42,480 bases of DNA from Omnitrophica bacterium GWA2_41_15 (GCA_919902675.1 CAKKRH010000005.1:1-42480); one strand, 5' to 3'. Shown: positions 8,706 through 17,383, counted from the first letter of the stretch. Numbers and translations are program-made. The notes: generated from the sequence alone by a model not told the origin.

Positions 8706-9815
8706 TTATAAATTCTGCCAATCCTTAAAAACCGGCTGACAGCCTTTGCGGCAGACCATTTGCCTGACCTCCTCTATAGTGCTGGTATCGGCAATATCAA
8801 ACTGCCCTTCGGTTTTATCGGAGAGCGTGTATCCGCCTACCTGGGTCCTGGACCCGGCGGATAAACGGGTCAGCCCCAAACCAATGAGATTGCCACGCAG
8901 TTCTTTGCTCTCCCGGGTAGAGATGGTAATTCCCACCCTGGGCAGGAAAATCCGGGTAGCTACAATAGCCTGGGCCAAATCCCGGTCGCTAAGTGGGCAA
9001 GAAGGAGAAAAATTTCCCACCTGGGGCTGTATCCGGGGAAAAGAAACCCCCAACTCAATATCCGGATAGTTACGTTCCAGCCAGTGAGCCTGGAGCCCGG
9101 TTAAAAAAACCTCTTTACGAAAGTCCGAAAGACCGAGCAGGGCCCCAATATTTATTTGCCGCATCCCAGCCTGGGCCGCCCGCTCAGAAGCCTCCAGCCT
9201 AAAGCAATAGTCGCTCTTTGGCCCCTGCCCGTGCAATTGGGCATATAGCCGGCGGTCATAGGTTTCCTGATAAATAGTCAATCCGCAAGCCCCGGAGGCG
9301 ATAAGCTGGGCGTATTCATCGGCGCTCAAGGGATAGATTTCAAGCGAAATCATACTAAAAGATTGCTTCAATATGGATACGCATTCCTTTATATAGGAAA
9401 GGGGAGATTTGGCGCGCGACTCTCCGGTCAATAGCAATATCTGCCGGATACCGCTCTTGGCGATTTCCTCTGCCTCCTGCTGAAGCTCAATGAGGCTGAG
9501 CCGCTTCCTGGCTATGGGGTTAGAATGTTTGAATCCGCAATAGGAGCAGTCGTTTTCGCAGTAGTTAGAAAGATACAGCGGGGCGTAAAACTGGATGACC
9601 CTGCCAAAATTGCCCAGGGTTATCCGCTTGGCCTTCTGGGCCAGGGCTTCAAGATAGTCAAAAGCCGCCGGGGATAGCAATACCAGAAAATCGCTCTCTA
9701 AAAGCGAATCCTTATTTAGAACCCGCTCAACATCTTCCGGCTTGACCCGGCTAAAGAAGTCCGCGAAATCAAAGCGCTCAAATCTCTCAATCTGCTCATA
9801 AAAGGTTTTGGGCAT
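8706..9815 (-). CDS. thiH: 2-iminoacetate synthase (radical SAM)
   Basis: 369 aa with a CxxxCxxC radical-SAM cluster motif (CENDCSYC). Last gene of a thiS-thiG-thiH unit behind a TPP riboswitch. Confidence 0.85.
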   Translation of the reverse strand: MPKTFYEQIERFERFDFADFFSRVKPEDVERVLNKDSLLESDFLVLLSPAAFDYLEALAQKAKRITLGNFGRVIQFYAPLYLSNYCENDCSYCGFKHSNPIARKRLSLIELQQEAEEIAKSGIRQILLLTGESRAKSPLSYIKECVSILKQSFSMISLEIYPLSADEYAQLIASGACGLTIYQETYDRRLYAQLHGQGPKSDYCFRLEASERAAQAGMRQINIGALLGLSDFRKEVFLTGLQAHWLERNYPDIELGVSFPRIQPQVGNFSPSCPLSDRDLAQAIVATRIFLPRVGITISTRESKELRGNLIGLGLTRLSAGSRTQVGGYTLSDKTEGQFDIADTSTIEEVRQMVCRKGCQPVFKDWQNL

Positions 9816-9832
9816 AGCTTTTGGAAGGAATA

Positions 9833-10600
9833 CTAACGCAAGAACCCGGTCAGAGGGGAAGAGGCCCGCGCGCTTTCTTTTATGGGGCTAACGCCGCTCT
9901 CATAGGCCAGCCTGCCCGCCTCTACCGCAAGCGAGAAAGCCCGCGCGATTAGAATAGGGTCATCTGAAGTAGCCACAGCCGTATTCACCAGGACCGCGGC
10001 CGCTCCTATTTCCATGGCCTGGGCGGCATGGGAAGGCCGGCCGATACCGGCATCTACCACAATCGGCAGCTCAATCTCCTCAATAAGTATCTTGATTAAT
10101 TCCCGGGTACGCAATCCCTTATTCGTCCCGATAGGAGCGCCCAGGGGCATAATCGAGGCGGCCCCGGCGTCGCGCAGGCGCCGAGCATCAGCCAAATCCG
10201 GATTAACATAAGGCATAACTATAAACCCTTCTTTGGCCAGAACCTCAGCGGCTAAAATAGTCTGGGCGTTGTCGGGAAGCAGATATTTATTATCCGGGAT
10301 AACCTCTATCTTTATCCAATTGCCGCAGCCTAAGGCCCGGGCCAGGCGGGCAACGCGGATTGCCTCCTGGGCATCCCTGGCCCCGGAGGTATTAGCCATC
10401 ACTATGCAATCCTTAGGAATGTACTCCAAGATGTTGTCATCCTTGGCCTGGGGGTCAATCCGTCTTAAGGCCACGGTAACAATATGCGCCCCCGAGCTGA
10501 CGATTGCCTCTTGCATTATTTTGTAGGAAGCGAATTTTCCCGTCCCCAGGAAAAACCTGCTACGCACCGGCTGCCCGGCAATAATAAGCTGGTTTGCCAT
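9833..10600 (-). CDS. thiG: Thiazole synthase
   Basis: 255 aa with ThiG-type TIM-barrel sequence (GTGKF....M.EA...[18 protein letters not shown]). Confidence 0.95.
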   Translation of the reverse strand: MANQLIIAGQPVRSRFFLGTGKFASYKIMQEAIVSSGAHIVTVALRRIDPQAKDDNILEYIPKDCIVMANTSGARDAQEAIRVARLARALGCGNWIKIEVIPDNKYLLPDNAQTILAAEVLAKEGFIVMPYVNPDLADARRLRDAGAASIMPLGAPIGTNKGLRTRELIKILIEEIELPIVVDAGIGRPSHAAQAMEIGAAAVLVNTAVATSDDPILIARAFSLAVEAGRLAYESGVSPIKESARASSPLTGFLR

Positions 10601-10602
10601 CT

Positions 10603-10839
10603 TTATCCGCCTCCTACAAACGACACGATTTCCAAGCTATCGTTTTCTTTTAAGACCACCGAATCAAATTTTTCCCGGGTTAAAATAGCGCCGTTATATT
10701 CCACTACCACCGCCTGAGGATCGATTTTACGTCCGGCAATTACAGCCGCCAGAGATGCCTCTTTGGCCAAGAGAACATCTTCACCGTTAATACGCACCTT
10801 TATCGAAGTCTCCATAAAAAAACCCTTATGCCTAAGCAA
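10603..10839 (-). CDS. thiS: Sulfur-carrier protein ThiS
   Basis: Ubiquitin-like small protein ending in GG (..IVSFVGGG). Start is either TTG at 10839 (6 nt after AAGGAG) or ATG at 10815 ([12 protein letters not shown], no SD). Confidence 0.85.
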   Translation of the reverse strand: MLRHKGFFMETSIKVRINGEDVLLAKEASLAAVIAGRKIDPQAVVVEYNGAILTREKFDSVVLKENDSLEIVSFVGGG

Positions 10840-10845
10840 TAAGGG
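10816..10845 (-). terminator. Expression-platform hairpin of the TPP riboswitch (attenuator/sequestor)
   Basis: Minus strand CCCTTAT-N9-ATAAGGG followed by TTTTTTT that runs directly into the ATG at 10815. The hairpin also covers the alternative TTG start. Confidence 0.5.
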
Positions 10846-10861
10846 CTCCTTAGCGCTTGCT

Positions 10862-10953
10862 TTCGGATCCCTCCGCTGGCATTACCCAGATCAGGTTTTC
10901 GGGTCATCCGCTTCTCTTGGCGGAACTCTCAGGCCGGATAACGACCTCCCCTC
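10862..10953 (-). promoter_or_regulatory. TPP (THI-box) riboswitch
   Basis: The minus strand reads GGGGAGG..CCGGCCTGAGAGTTCCGCC...GACCCGAAAACCTGATCTGGGTAATGCCAGCGGAGGGA. It contains the invariant CTGAGA, ACCC and AACCTGATCTGG.TAATGCCAGCG.AGGGA blocks. It sits upstream of thiSGH. Confidence 0.9.
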
Positions 10954-10970
10954 TTAGTTTTACTTATTTA

Positions 10971-10999
10971 ATTAAAGCACACACCGGCTTCTTTGTCAA
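10971..10999 (-). promoter_or_regulatory. Sigma70-type promoter of the thi operon
   Basis: Minus strand TTGACA (10999-10994), 17-nt spacer, TTTAAT (10976-10971), about 10 nt upstream of the riboswitch. Confidence 0.6.
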
Positions 11000-11050
11000 G
11001 ATAGAGCGCGATACTCCTCTTTGAGGAGGTTGAAATTTTTGCCCGCGCCC

Positions 11051-11896
11051 TCAGATATCCTTTTCCTTAGTTTCCTGAATAGCGTCCTCACTGATTATAT
11101 TAGGCCTCTTTTGGCCTACGGGATAGCCTTTTATCTTTATGGCCTCTTTAAGCGCCGCGACCCTGCTTTGGGGATAGGGATGGCTTGAAAAAACATAAAA
11201 AACCGGCCAGCACTTCTCCTTGAACGACATCTTCTCAAAAAAATCAACCGCCCCGGCCACCCCGCCATAGGTTTTATTTAATAAGTCTAAGGCGTATAAA
11301 TCCGCGGCTCTTTCCTGGGAGCGCGAGAAGCTCATCTGGGCGCTTGTTAGCGCGTTGTGAATAAGATTATTGGCTGAACTATCTCCGCCAAATAAAACTG
11401 AACTGATTAACAAAAATATTAACCCGCGCCCCAGGCCCCGCAAATGGTCCCGGTGATAAAAATGGCCTAATTCATGCGCCAGCACCATGGCTAACTCATT
11501 TTCTGAATCCGCCTTCTTTAAAAGCGCGCTGAAAACCACAATATTCCCTCCCGGAAGGGCAAAGGCGTTAATCTTTTTTGATCCTTCCACATAAACCTTG
11601 TAAGTAAAAGGCGGCAATTCCCGGCCCTTCTCCAGCAATTCATCCAGTATCCGCTGAAGCCGTGCCTCAAGGCCTGAGGGCTCTCCTTTCTTAAGCCCGG
11701 CGGAAAATAACCTGCCTAACTTCCGTTCCGTCTTTATTGAAACCCTGGGGGCGATATAATCCACGGCAAGGCCAAGCAGTATATAGGCCGCGAGTATCAA
11801 TCCTAATATTCTTAAGACCAGCTCAAAAAAATCCTTAACCGGCGACACGGGTGAAATATTCACATTGCCCTTAATCTGCCGGGGGGTAAATTTCAT
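11051..11896 (-). CDS. M48-family zinc metallopeptidase, membrane anchored
   Basis: 281 aa with an N-terminal TM helix and HExxH (AHELGHFYHRDH). 4-nt overlap with the upstream YbjQ-like gene. Confidence 0.85.
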   Translation of the reverse strand: MKFTPRQIKGNVNISPVSPVKDFFELVLRILGLILAAYILLGLAVDYIAPRVSIKTERKLGRLFSAGLKKGEPSGLEARLQRILDELLEKGRELPPFTYKVYVEGSKKINAFALPGGNIVVFSALLKKADSENELAMVLAHELGHFYHRDHLRGLGRGLIFLLISSVLFGGDSSANNLIHNALTSAQMSFSRSQERAADLYALDLLNKTYGGVAGAVDFFEKMSFKEKCWPVFYVFSSHPYPQSRVAALKEAIKIKGYPVGQKRPNIISEDAIQETKEKDI

Positions 11897-12321
11897 TTTT
11901 TATAATAGACCGCGGTCCCGTATGCCAAGGCCTCCGTGGAACCGGCAGTGCTGATTTGGCAGGTTTCGATTCGCAAATTTAAAATTATATCCGCGCCCTG
12001 GGCACTTTCCTTCAACCGCAAGACCGCTTCTCTTCTTGCCCGGTCAAGAAGGCTCTCATAGGCGCTAACTTCGCCCCCCAGCAGATTCCGCAATCCGGCT
12101 AGGATTACCTTAAAATAATCGGTGGCAATAACCGCGTTGCCTTGCACCAGAAGCGTTGAATCTATCGGTCTATCCTCCAGTAGGTTTTTGCTTGAAACCG
12201 CCGGAAGATAAATAAACTTCGCCTCCCGCTCTTCTATAGACTTATAATGCTTCTTCTCAACCCGGGTCCCGGCGAAATACCCGACTCCGATCATGATAAC
12301 AAGAAATATTAAATCTAACAT
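11893..12321 (-). CDS. YbjQ (UPF0145) domain protein with N-terminal TM helix
   Basis: 142 aa: a hydrophobic N-terminus, then a YbjQ-type domain (GLRNLLGGEVSAYESLLDRARREA...GTAVYYKK). Confidence 0.7.
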   Translation of the reverse strand: MLDLIFLVIMIGVGYFAGTRVEKKHYKSIEEREAKFIYLPAVSSKNLLEDRPIDSTLLVQGNAVIATDYFKVILAGLRNLLGGEVSAYESLLDRARREAVLRLKESAQGADIILNLRIETCQISTAGSTEALAYGTAVYYKK

Positions 12322-12336
12322 AAGGGACCTCCCTGA

Positions 12337-12651
12337 TTATTCAACCTTTACCGCTGTGCCATAGACATACAATTCAGCCGCGCCGGGAGCGATATTAGAG
12401 GTAGAAAACCTCACATTGATAATCGCGTTTGCCCCTAATTGCCGGGCCTGCTCTTCCATGCGTTCAATGGCCTGGCGGCGGGATTCCTCCATCAAGGCGG
12501 TATAACTCTTCAGCTCCCCGCCCATAATATTCTTAAGCCCGGCGCCCATATCCTTAAACGCGTTTTTCGCTCTTACGGTACTGCCGCAAACCAGCCCAAA
12601 ATGCTCCATAATCTTTTTACCCGGCGTTGACTCAATATTAGTAAGTATCAT
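12337..12651 (-). CDS. YbjQ (UPF0145) family protein
   Basis: 104 aa with the typical YbjQ sequence (GLKNIMGGELKSYTALMEESRRQAIERM...GANAIINVRF...YGTAVKV). Confidence 0.85.
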   Translation of the reverse strand: MILTNIESTPGKKIMEHFGLVCGSTVRAKNAFKDMGAGLKNIMGGELKSYTALMEESRRQAIERMEEQARQLGANAIINVRFSTSNIAPGAAELYVYGTAVKVE

Positions 12652-12811
12652 TGCTATCTCCTCCTTTTTTGGGGATCAAATCGACACCCTTAAAAAACAC
12701 AACTCCGCTATTTCCCGCCGCATCCGGAGACGGCGGATTTTCTATTTTCTATTTTTCTTGCCGAAGGCTTTTATTTAAGGTAGAATAGCCTTAATAAAAA
12801 AGGAGGATAGA

Positions 12812-12961
12812 ATGTCCAAAGGAAGAAAGGCCTTCGGGCCGAGCAAAAAGAAAGCCGGCGATATACACCACTGCAAAAAACCGAAAAAGAAAGCTTTGTA
12901 TAAAATGCCGGCTGCCACTGAACAAGAAATCAAGCACAAGCGGGTAAGCACCCCGCGATAA
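12812..12961 (+). CDS. Small, very basic ORF (49 aa), function unknown
   Basis: Not in the track (under 60 aa). ATG at 12812 lies 5 nt after AAGGAGG. Sequence MSKGRKAFGPSKKKAGDIHHCKKPKKKALYKM... It competes with the minus-strand 83-aa ORF at 12775-13026, which has a poor RBS. Confidence 0.3.
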   Translation: MSKGRKAFGPSKKKAGDIHHCKKPKKKALYKMPAATEQEIKHKRVSTPR

Positions 12962-13061
12962 TGCTTCTTCTCTAAAAACGCTTCGTAACAGCCATCAATT
13001 CCGATCAAATAATAAAAGGCATTCACTCGGCCCTTGCGAAAACCCCATTCGGAAGGGCCGT

Positions 13062-13352
13062 TTATATGGCCTCATAAGCCTTCTTTCCTTTTATATAGCT
13101 TACAAGACCTTCCATAAAAGCATCTTCGCCAAAAACAATTTGCGCTTTTACCTTCTTCCATATCGACTCAGCCCTAATACCTTCTCTCACAAATTTCCTG
13201 TAAGCACTTTCCGCTGCCTTCCCATCAGAAGCAAACTGCCCAAGAATCCAATTCGCCTCAAGACACGAATGAGGCTTTTTCCAACCTACTGTTGCTAAAT
13301 AGCTGCTCCATGTCCAGTCATCAGGGCCCTGCGCTAACCCGGGATAGCGCAC
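13062..13352 (-). pseudogene. C-terminal fragment of an IS200/RayT-like (Y1) transposase-family protein
   Basis: The ORF begins mid-domain (..VRYPGLAQGPDDWTWSSYLATVG...) with an in-frame TAA just upstream. It matches the region that follows the catalytic Y1 domain in REP-associated tyrosine-transposase-like proteins (recalled, not searched). The N-terminal catalytic part is absent. Confidence 0.5.
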
Positions 13353-13428
13353 CCTGACCCCTTATTGCTCTGGATTTTTTATCGGAATTGAAGGAAGAGT
13401 TTTAAGCCTTATTGTGTGAATCATTAAA

Positions 13429-13475
13429 AATTCGAACCCTTGCGCTCCTTGATGAGGAGCAAAAAGGTTCGAATT
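13429..13475 (-). terminator. Intrinsic terminator after tRNA-Ser(GCU)
   Basis: Minus strand nested hairpin AATTCGAACC..GCTCCT-catca-AGGAGC..GGTTCGAATT followed by TTT. Confidence 0.5.
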
Positions 13476-13483
13476 GGTATCAA

Positions 13484-13575
13484 TGGCGGAGAGGCTGGGA
13501 TTCGAACCCAGGGACCCAGTTTCCCAGGTCAACTCATTAGCAGTGAGCTGCATTCGGCCACTCTGCCACCTCTCC
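13484..13575 (-). tRNA. tRNA-Ser (anticodon GCU)
   Basis: Hand-folded cloverleaf: acceptor GGAGAGG/CCTCTCC, anticodon arm GCTCA-CTGCTAA-TGAGT, long variable arm, T-arm CTGGG-TTCGAAT-CCCAG. CCA is encoded. Confidence 0.95.
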
Positions 13576-13590
13576 CCAATTTCTTGTATC

Positions 13591-14079
13591 TCAATTAAGC
13601 TGATAAGGTTTATAGGCGGGTTTTAGACGTTTTTTCTTAAAGAATTCCTTTAATAACAATCCACATTCTTCTTTCAGGACGCCGCTTTTGGCGGGTGCGC
13701 GGTGATTCAGCTTCAAGTGATTAGCAATGTTTACTACCGAGCCGCAGGCGCCGGTTTTGGGGTCTTTGGCGCCGTAAATTATGTTTTTTATCCGCGCCAG
13801 GACCAATGCCCCGGCGCACATACTGCACGGCTCAATTGTAACATAGATAGAGGCCTCGTTCAACCATTTGCTTCCCAGGGTGGAAGCCGCCTGGGTAATG
13901 GCGATCATCTCGGCGTGAGCCGTAGGATCATTGAGACGCTCGATCTGATTATGGGCTTTGGCGACAATTCTTTTCTGACTGACAATGATTGCCCCGACCG
14001 GGACCTCATCCTCCTCAAAGGCCTTTCGCGCTTCTTTTAAGGCCTCGAGCATATAGTATTTATCAAGCTGGATGCTCAC
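13591..14079 (-). CDS. tadA: tRNA-specific adenosine deaminase
   Basis: CDA zinc motifs HAEMIAI and PCSMCAGA. Start is GTG at 14079 or ATG at 14052. The track start at 14115 overlaps tRNA-Arg and is rejected. Confidence 0.9.
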   Translation of the reverse strand: MSIQLDKYYMLEALKEARKAFEEDEVPVGAIIVSQKRIVAKAHNQIERLNDPTAHAEMIAITQAASTLGSKWLNEASIYVTIEPCSMCAGALVLARIKNIIYGAKDPKTGACGSVVNIANHLKLNHRAPAKSGVLKEECGLLLKEFFKKKRLKPAYKPYQLN

Positions 14080-14088
14080 AAATTTAAA

Positions 14089-14162
14089 CGCGCCCGGGCC
14101 GGATCGAACGGCCAACCCTCAGTTCCGTAGACTGATGCTCTATCCAATTAAGCTACGGGCGC
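14089..14162 (-). tRNA. tRNA-Arg (anticodon ACG)
   Basis: 74 nt: acceptor GCGCCCG/CGGGCGC, anticodon arm TCAGT-CTACGGA-ACTGA, T-arm GGCCG-TTCGATC-CGGCC. CCA is not encoded. Confidence 0.95.
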
Positions 14163-14181
14163 AAAATCATATTTTATTAAT

Positions 14182-14271
14182 TATCCAATCCGCCTACGCT
14201 CACTTCGTTCGCTACGGCGGACCCGCCATAGTCTACCGCAAGTAGACGTAGGCGGGTTAAGCTACGGGCGC
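14182..14271 (-). repeat. Partial duplicate of the tRNA-Arg 5' 22 nt, split by a 67-nt palindromic element
   Basis: On the plus strand, TATCCAAT (14182-14189) and TTAAGCTACGGGCGC (14257-14271) together reproduce 14141-14162. The 14190-14256 insert has terminal inverted repeats CCGCCTACG/CGTAGGCGG and two internal hairpins. Confidence 0.7.
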
Positions 14272-14312
14272 AGGTTAGTTCACAGTTCACAGATAACAGT
14301 TGACAGATAAAG
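14272..14312. repeat. Heptamer array of the dispersed repeat family (opposite orientation)
   Basis: GTTCACA GTTCACA GATAACA GTTGACA is the reverse complement of the CTGT(C/G)AA units seen at 3850-3863 and inside dnaX. Confidence 0.55.
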
Positions 14313-14329
14313 ACCTTGAGATAAAAAAG

Positions 14330-15667
14330 CTACATCTTTATTTCGGCCAGGGCTTTGGCTCTGTCGGTGCTGTAGAGACTGCAAAATTTGGTTACCTCTA
14401 TATAAGAAGTCTGGTTTAATTTCTTTAACTTACGCAGTATCTCGGCGCGTAGTTTTGTCTCTTTAATCACCTCAGTCGGATACAGGCCTTTGGCCTTGGC
14501 CAGGTGATCGCGGTAAGGGCCGGGGCTTAACTCGCAGAATTTATCCGTATCTGAATCGTATTTCCAGACCGGACAAATCAAAACCTCTTTTTGCTCAAGA
14601 CCGGCGGTTTCAACCAGCTCATTGACCACCCTTCTCACCTTGCCGCCTGATTCCAGCTTTTTCATAATCACAAAGACATCCACCAGATTAATCAGCACCG
14701 AGGGCGCGTTCATCGGCTCATTTTGCAATCTAATGATGGCCTCCCGGGAAGTGGAGGCGTGAATTGTGCCCATACAATACCTGCCTACATTCATCGCAGT
14801 CATTAAATCCTTGGCTTCAGCGCCTCTGACCTCGCCGATAACAATCCGGTCCGGGCGCATCCTTAAGGAATTTTTCACCAAATCCGCCAAACTGATATTC
14901 TCATTGCTTTCTAAGCGCGAACATTCATTCAAAGAGTAGGTGTTTAATTCCAGAGTGTCCTCGATCACTACTAAGCGGTCCTTTGGCGGAATAAACGACA
15001 ATAAAGCATTCAATAAGGTAGTCTTTCCAGCTCCGGGGCCTCCGGCGATAATAATGTTTCCCGGCTTAACCGACATTCCCTCAACATAAATCCAGAGCTG
15101 GGCCGCCAGCTCATAAGAAAGGGCGTGCTTATCTATCAAATCAATAATGCTTAAAGGGTGCATTTTGGCCCGGGTGATGGTCAACTGCGGCCCAAAAGGG
15201 GATTGCACGATATTCACCCTGCCACCGCCATCCGGAAGTTCTAAATTAAGGATGTCACCTATATTATCAATATTATTCCTGCCGGAGAAAACTATCAGCT
15301 TTTTTATAAATAGTTCCAGCTCCTTGGAGCCGGAGAACTTCTTATCGGTCTTGATGAAGCCGCCTTTAGTGCTGTGCAAGAATATGGGCTTAAGTCCGTC
15401 TATAACGATGTCCTCGACATCCTGGTCATTCAGGAAGCCGGAAATCACCTCTAATGTCATGAAATCCCGGGCAAAGTGCTCAGCAGAGGCCGCGTCCACC
15501 AGAAAACCCACCTTTTTAATCAGGCCCTTATCCTCGGGATTAGCCCCTAGCTCCAAAAACACCTCACAGACCAGCTCTTTTCTTTCCGCGTAATCCTGGG
15601 CCAGGTTCATCCTGCCGGCCAATACCGCTACTATTTTAAGTTTTAAGTCTATTATTGTTCTTTCCAT
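14330..15667 (-). CDS. Type II/IV secretion-family ATPase (CpaF/VirB11/FlaI-like), orphan
   Basis: 445 aa with Walker A GGPGAGKTT, Walker B/Asp box RPDRIVIGEVRG and a His box GTIHA. Confidence 0.8.
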   Translation of the reverse strand: MERTIIDLKLKIVAVLAGRMNLAQDYAERKELVCEVFLELGANPEDKGLIKKVGFLVDAASAEHFARDFMTLEVISGFLNDQDVEDIVIDGLKPIFLHSTKGGFIKTDKKFSGSKELELFIKKLIVFSGRNNIDNIGDILNLELPDGGGRVNIVQSPFGPQLTITRAKMHPLSIIDLIDKHALSYELAAQLWIYVEGMSVKPGNIIIAGGPGAGKTTLLNALLSFIPPKDRLVVIEDTLELNTYSLNECSRLESNENISLADLVKNSLRMRPDRIVIGEVRGAEAKDLMTAMNVGRYCMGTIHASTSREAIIRLQNEPMNAPSVLINLVDVFVIMKKLESGGKVRRVVNELVETAGLEQKEVLICPVWKYDSDTDKFCELSPGPYRDHLAKAKGLYPTEVIKETKLRAEILRKLKKLNQTSYIEVTKFCSLYSTDRAKALAEIKM

Positions 15668-15725
15668 TATCTATTTTATGTAAGCCCTAAAAAATTATAA
15701 CATTCGCCTATTCCTCTGTCCATAA

Positions 15726-16646
15726 TTAAAAGCCTTGATAATAATTATAGGTCATCAGGGCGATATCGGAAATAAACCTTTTGGCGGAGGCGGCGAATTT
15801 ATCCTGGTGCTTGGTAAGCACGCATATCAGAAAGTCGCCTTTACCCGTAAACACGATTCCGGCGTCATGGCAGATATGATTTTCCAGTCCGGTTTTGTGG
15901 GCGACGGTTACTCCTTCAGGGAGCTTTCGGGGAATGCGGTCCCTGACCTTTTGCTGTTTTAAAATACTTAGGCATTTCTCGGAAGTATTTCTGTCCAGGA
16001 AATTCCGGCGGTAAAGTATCTCTAAAAGATAGGCCATATCCTCGGCGGTGGTGTAATTTTCCCTGCCTTCTTTCCTTTCCTCGAAATCCATCATCCGGCG
16101 GACCAAATTGGTATTACGCAGGCCTAAGCGGATAAAATAATCGTTAAAGGCCTCAAATCCCAGGAGGTCGATCAAAATATTAGTGGCGGTATTATCACTT
16201 TTGGTGATCATCGGTTCAAATAATTCCTCTACCGAAAATATGGAACCGACAGAGGTGTCCCCAAGCACCTTCGAGCCGGGGACCTTCTCATAAGCCTTGA
16301 GGCTGACTAAATCACTTGTTCTCACCTTGCCTTCCTGCTGGGCGTAAAAATAAGAAAGCAGGATAGGCACCTTTACCAGGCTTGCCGATGGGAACAACGC
16401 CCCTTTATTAAAATCAATCTCCCACCCTTGGTTCAAATCCTTAATTACAATACCAATGTTTCCCCTGAAATCCGCGATTCTGCCTTCAATATCTTTTTTA
16501 AGGTTCCCCCAAGCCGCCCTTCTCTGCTCCAACAAAACCTGCCTCTTGCGGGCCTCCTGGTAATCCTGAAACATCCGGAATCCCAAAAACATTCCCAGCC
16601 CTAAAAAGACGATGCCCGATAAAATAAGTGTCTTCTTTTTTAACAT
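15726..16646 (-). CDS. Class A beta-lactamase-fold serine hydrolase, membrane/signal anchored
   Basis: 306 aa with an N-terminal hydrophobic segment and the motifs SxxK (SLVK), SDN (KSDNTATN) and KTG (HKTG). Confidence 0.75.
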   Translation of the reverse strand: MLKKKTLILSGIVFLGLGMFLGFRMFQDYQEARKRQVLLEQRRAAWGNLKKDIEGRIADFRGNIGIVIKDLNQGWEIDFNKGALFPSASLVKVPILLSYFYAQQEGKVRTSDLVSLKAYEKVPGSKVLGDTSVGSIFSVEELFEPMITKSDNTATNILIDLLGFEAFNDYFIRLGLRNTNLVRRMMDFEERKEGRENYTTAEDMAYLLEILYRRNFLDRNTSEKCLSILKQQKVRDRIPRKLPEGVTVAHKTGLENHICHDAGIVFTGKGDFLICVLTKHQDKFAASAKRFISDIALMTYNYYQGF

Positions 16647-16741
16647 ATACAGCCCCGCTTAAAATAATGGGCAGAAATCACTCTGCCTGCTATCTGTTTA
16701 TCAGTTAATCCTGCCGGCGCCAAAGAAACACCGCGGTAGTT

Positions 16742-17368
16742 TTACTTTTTGGCCTTATCGTCCTCAGGCTTTTCTTTATAACTAAGCCCGAGCTCTTTCT
16801 TTTTAGATTCCTTCTCGAAGCGCTGCTTCTTCCAATGCATTTTCTTATCGCTTTTCTGATCCTCAAAATGCTTCTTAACCGCCGCCTTCTTCTCTTCGGG
16901 CGTCATTCCGGAGGCGGCAATCTCTTCTAAAAATGCCGTATTTCTATTATACTGTTGGTTGCGCCAGGTAGCATTCTCCCTATACTGCTCTTCATAAAAG
17001 CCGGTCAACTCCTCTTTTTCCTGCTCGCTCAACTTATTATTCCCGGCCAGCTTTTCCTTTATCGCGGCCATATGGTCATTGTGCGCCTTTTCGTAAAAGT
17101 TTTTCTTATCCTGGTGCTTTTTCTCCTGATACGACTTTATGGCCGCGGATTTTTCTTCCGGGGTTTTTCCCTCCAGGCTCTTTTTGAATTCCCGGCTCTC
17201 TTCTTTTTCTTTTTGCTTGTACCGTGTCTCTTTTTCCTGCTTATCCTTGCGAAAGCTCCCCTTGGAGCCGTATTCCGCGAAAACCGGCGAAGAGAATATA
17301 AAAAACAACCCTGCTATCAGCGTCAAAACTAAAAATTTTCTTTCCATTGCAGCTCTCGTGAATACCAT
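16742..17368 (-). CDS. Secreted K/E-rich repeat protein, function unknown
   Basis: Signal peptide (..IFSSPVFA) and repeated TPEEK.AA.K / EKEEL units. The start may be the second ATG at 17347. Confidence 0.5.
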   Translation of the reverse strand: MVFTRAAMERKFLVLTLIAGLFFIFSSPVFAEYGSKGSFRKDKQEKETRYKQKEKEESREFKKSLEGKTPEEKSAAIKSYQEKKHQDKKNFYEKAHNDHMAAIKEKLAGNNKLSEQEKEELTGFYEEQYRENATWRNQQYNRNTAFLEEIAASGMTPEEKKAAVKKHFEDQKSDKKMHWKKQRFEKESKKKELGLSYKEKPEDDKAKK

Positions 17369-17383
17369 AAATTTAGAAAAAAT

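Noticed and set aside
12775-13026. 83-aa hydrophobic minus-strand ORF.
   Set aside because: It has a poor RBS and a low-complexity sequence. It competes with a plus-strand 49-aa ORF that has a strong AAGGAGG. Neither is secure, so only the latter is listed, at low confidence.
13429-13475. GGGTTCGAAT in the tRNA-Ser(GCU) terminator as an att-site duplication of the tRNA T-arm.
   Set aside because: Only about 10 nt are shared with the tRNA. That is too short to distinguish from chance, and the hairpin is adequately explained as a terminator.
13362-13553. 63-aa ORF, and the 14080-14115 extension of tadA.
   Set aside because: Both overlap hand-folded tRNA genes (Ser-GCU and Arg-ACG).
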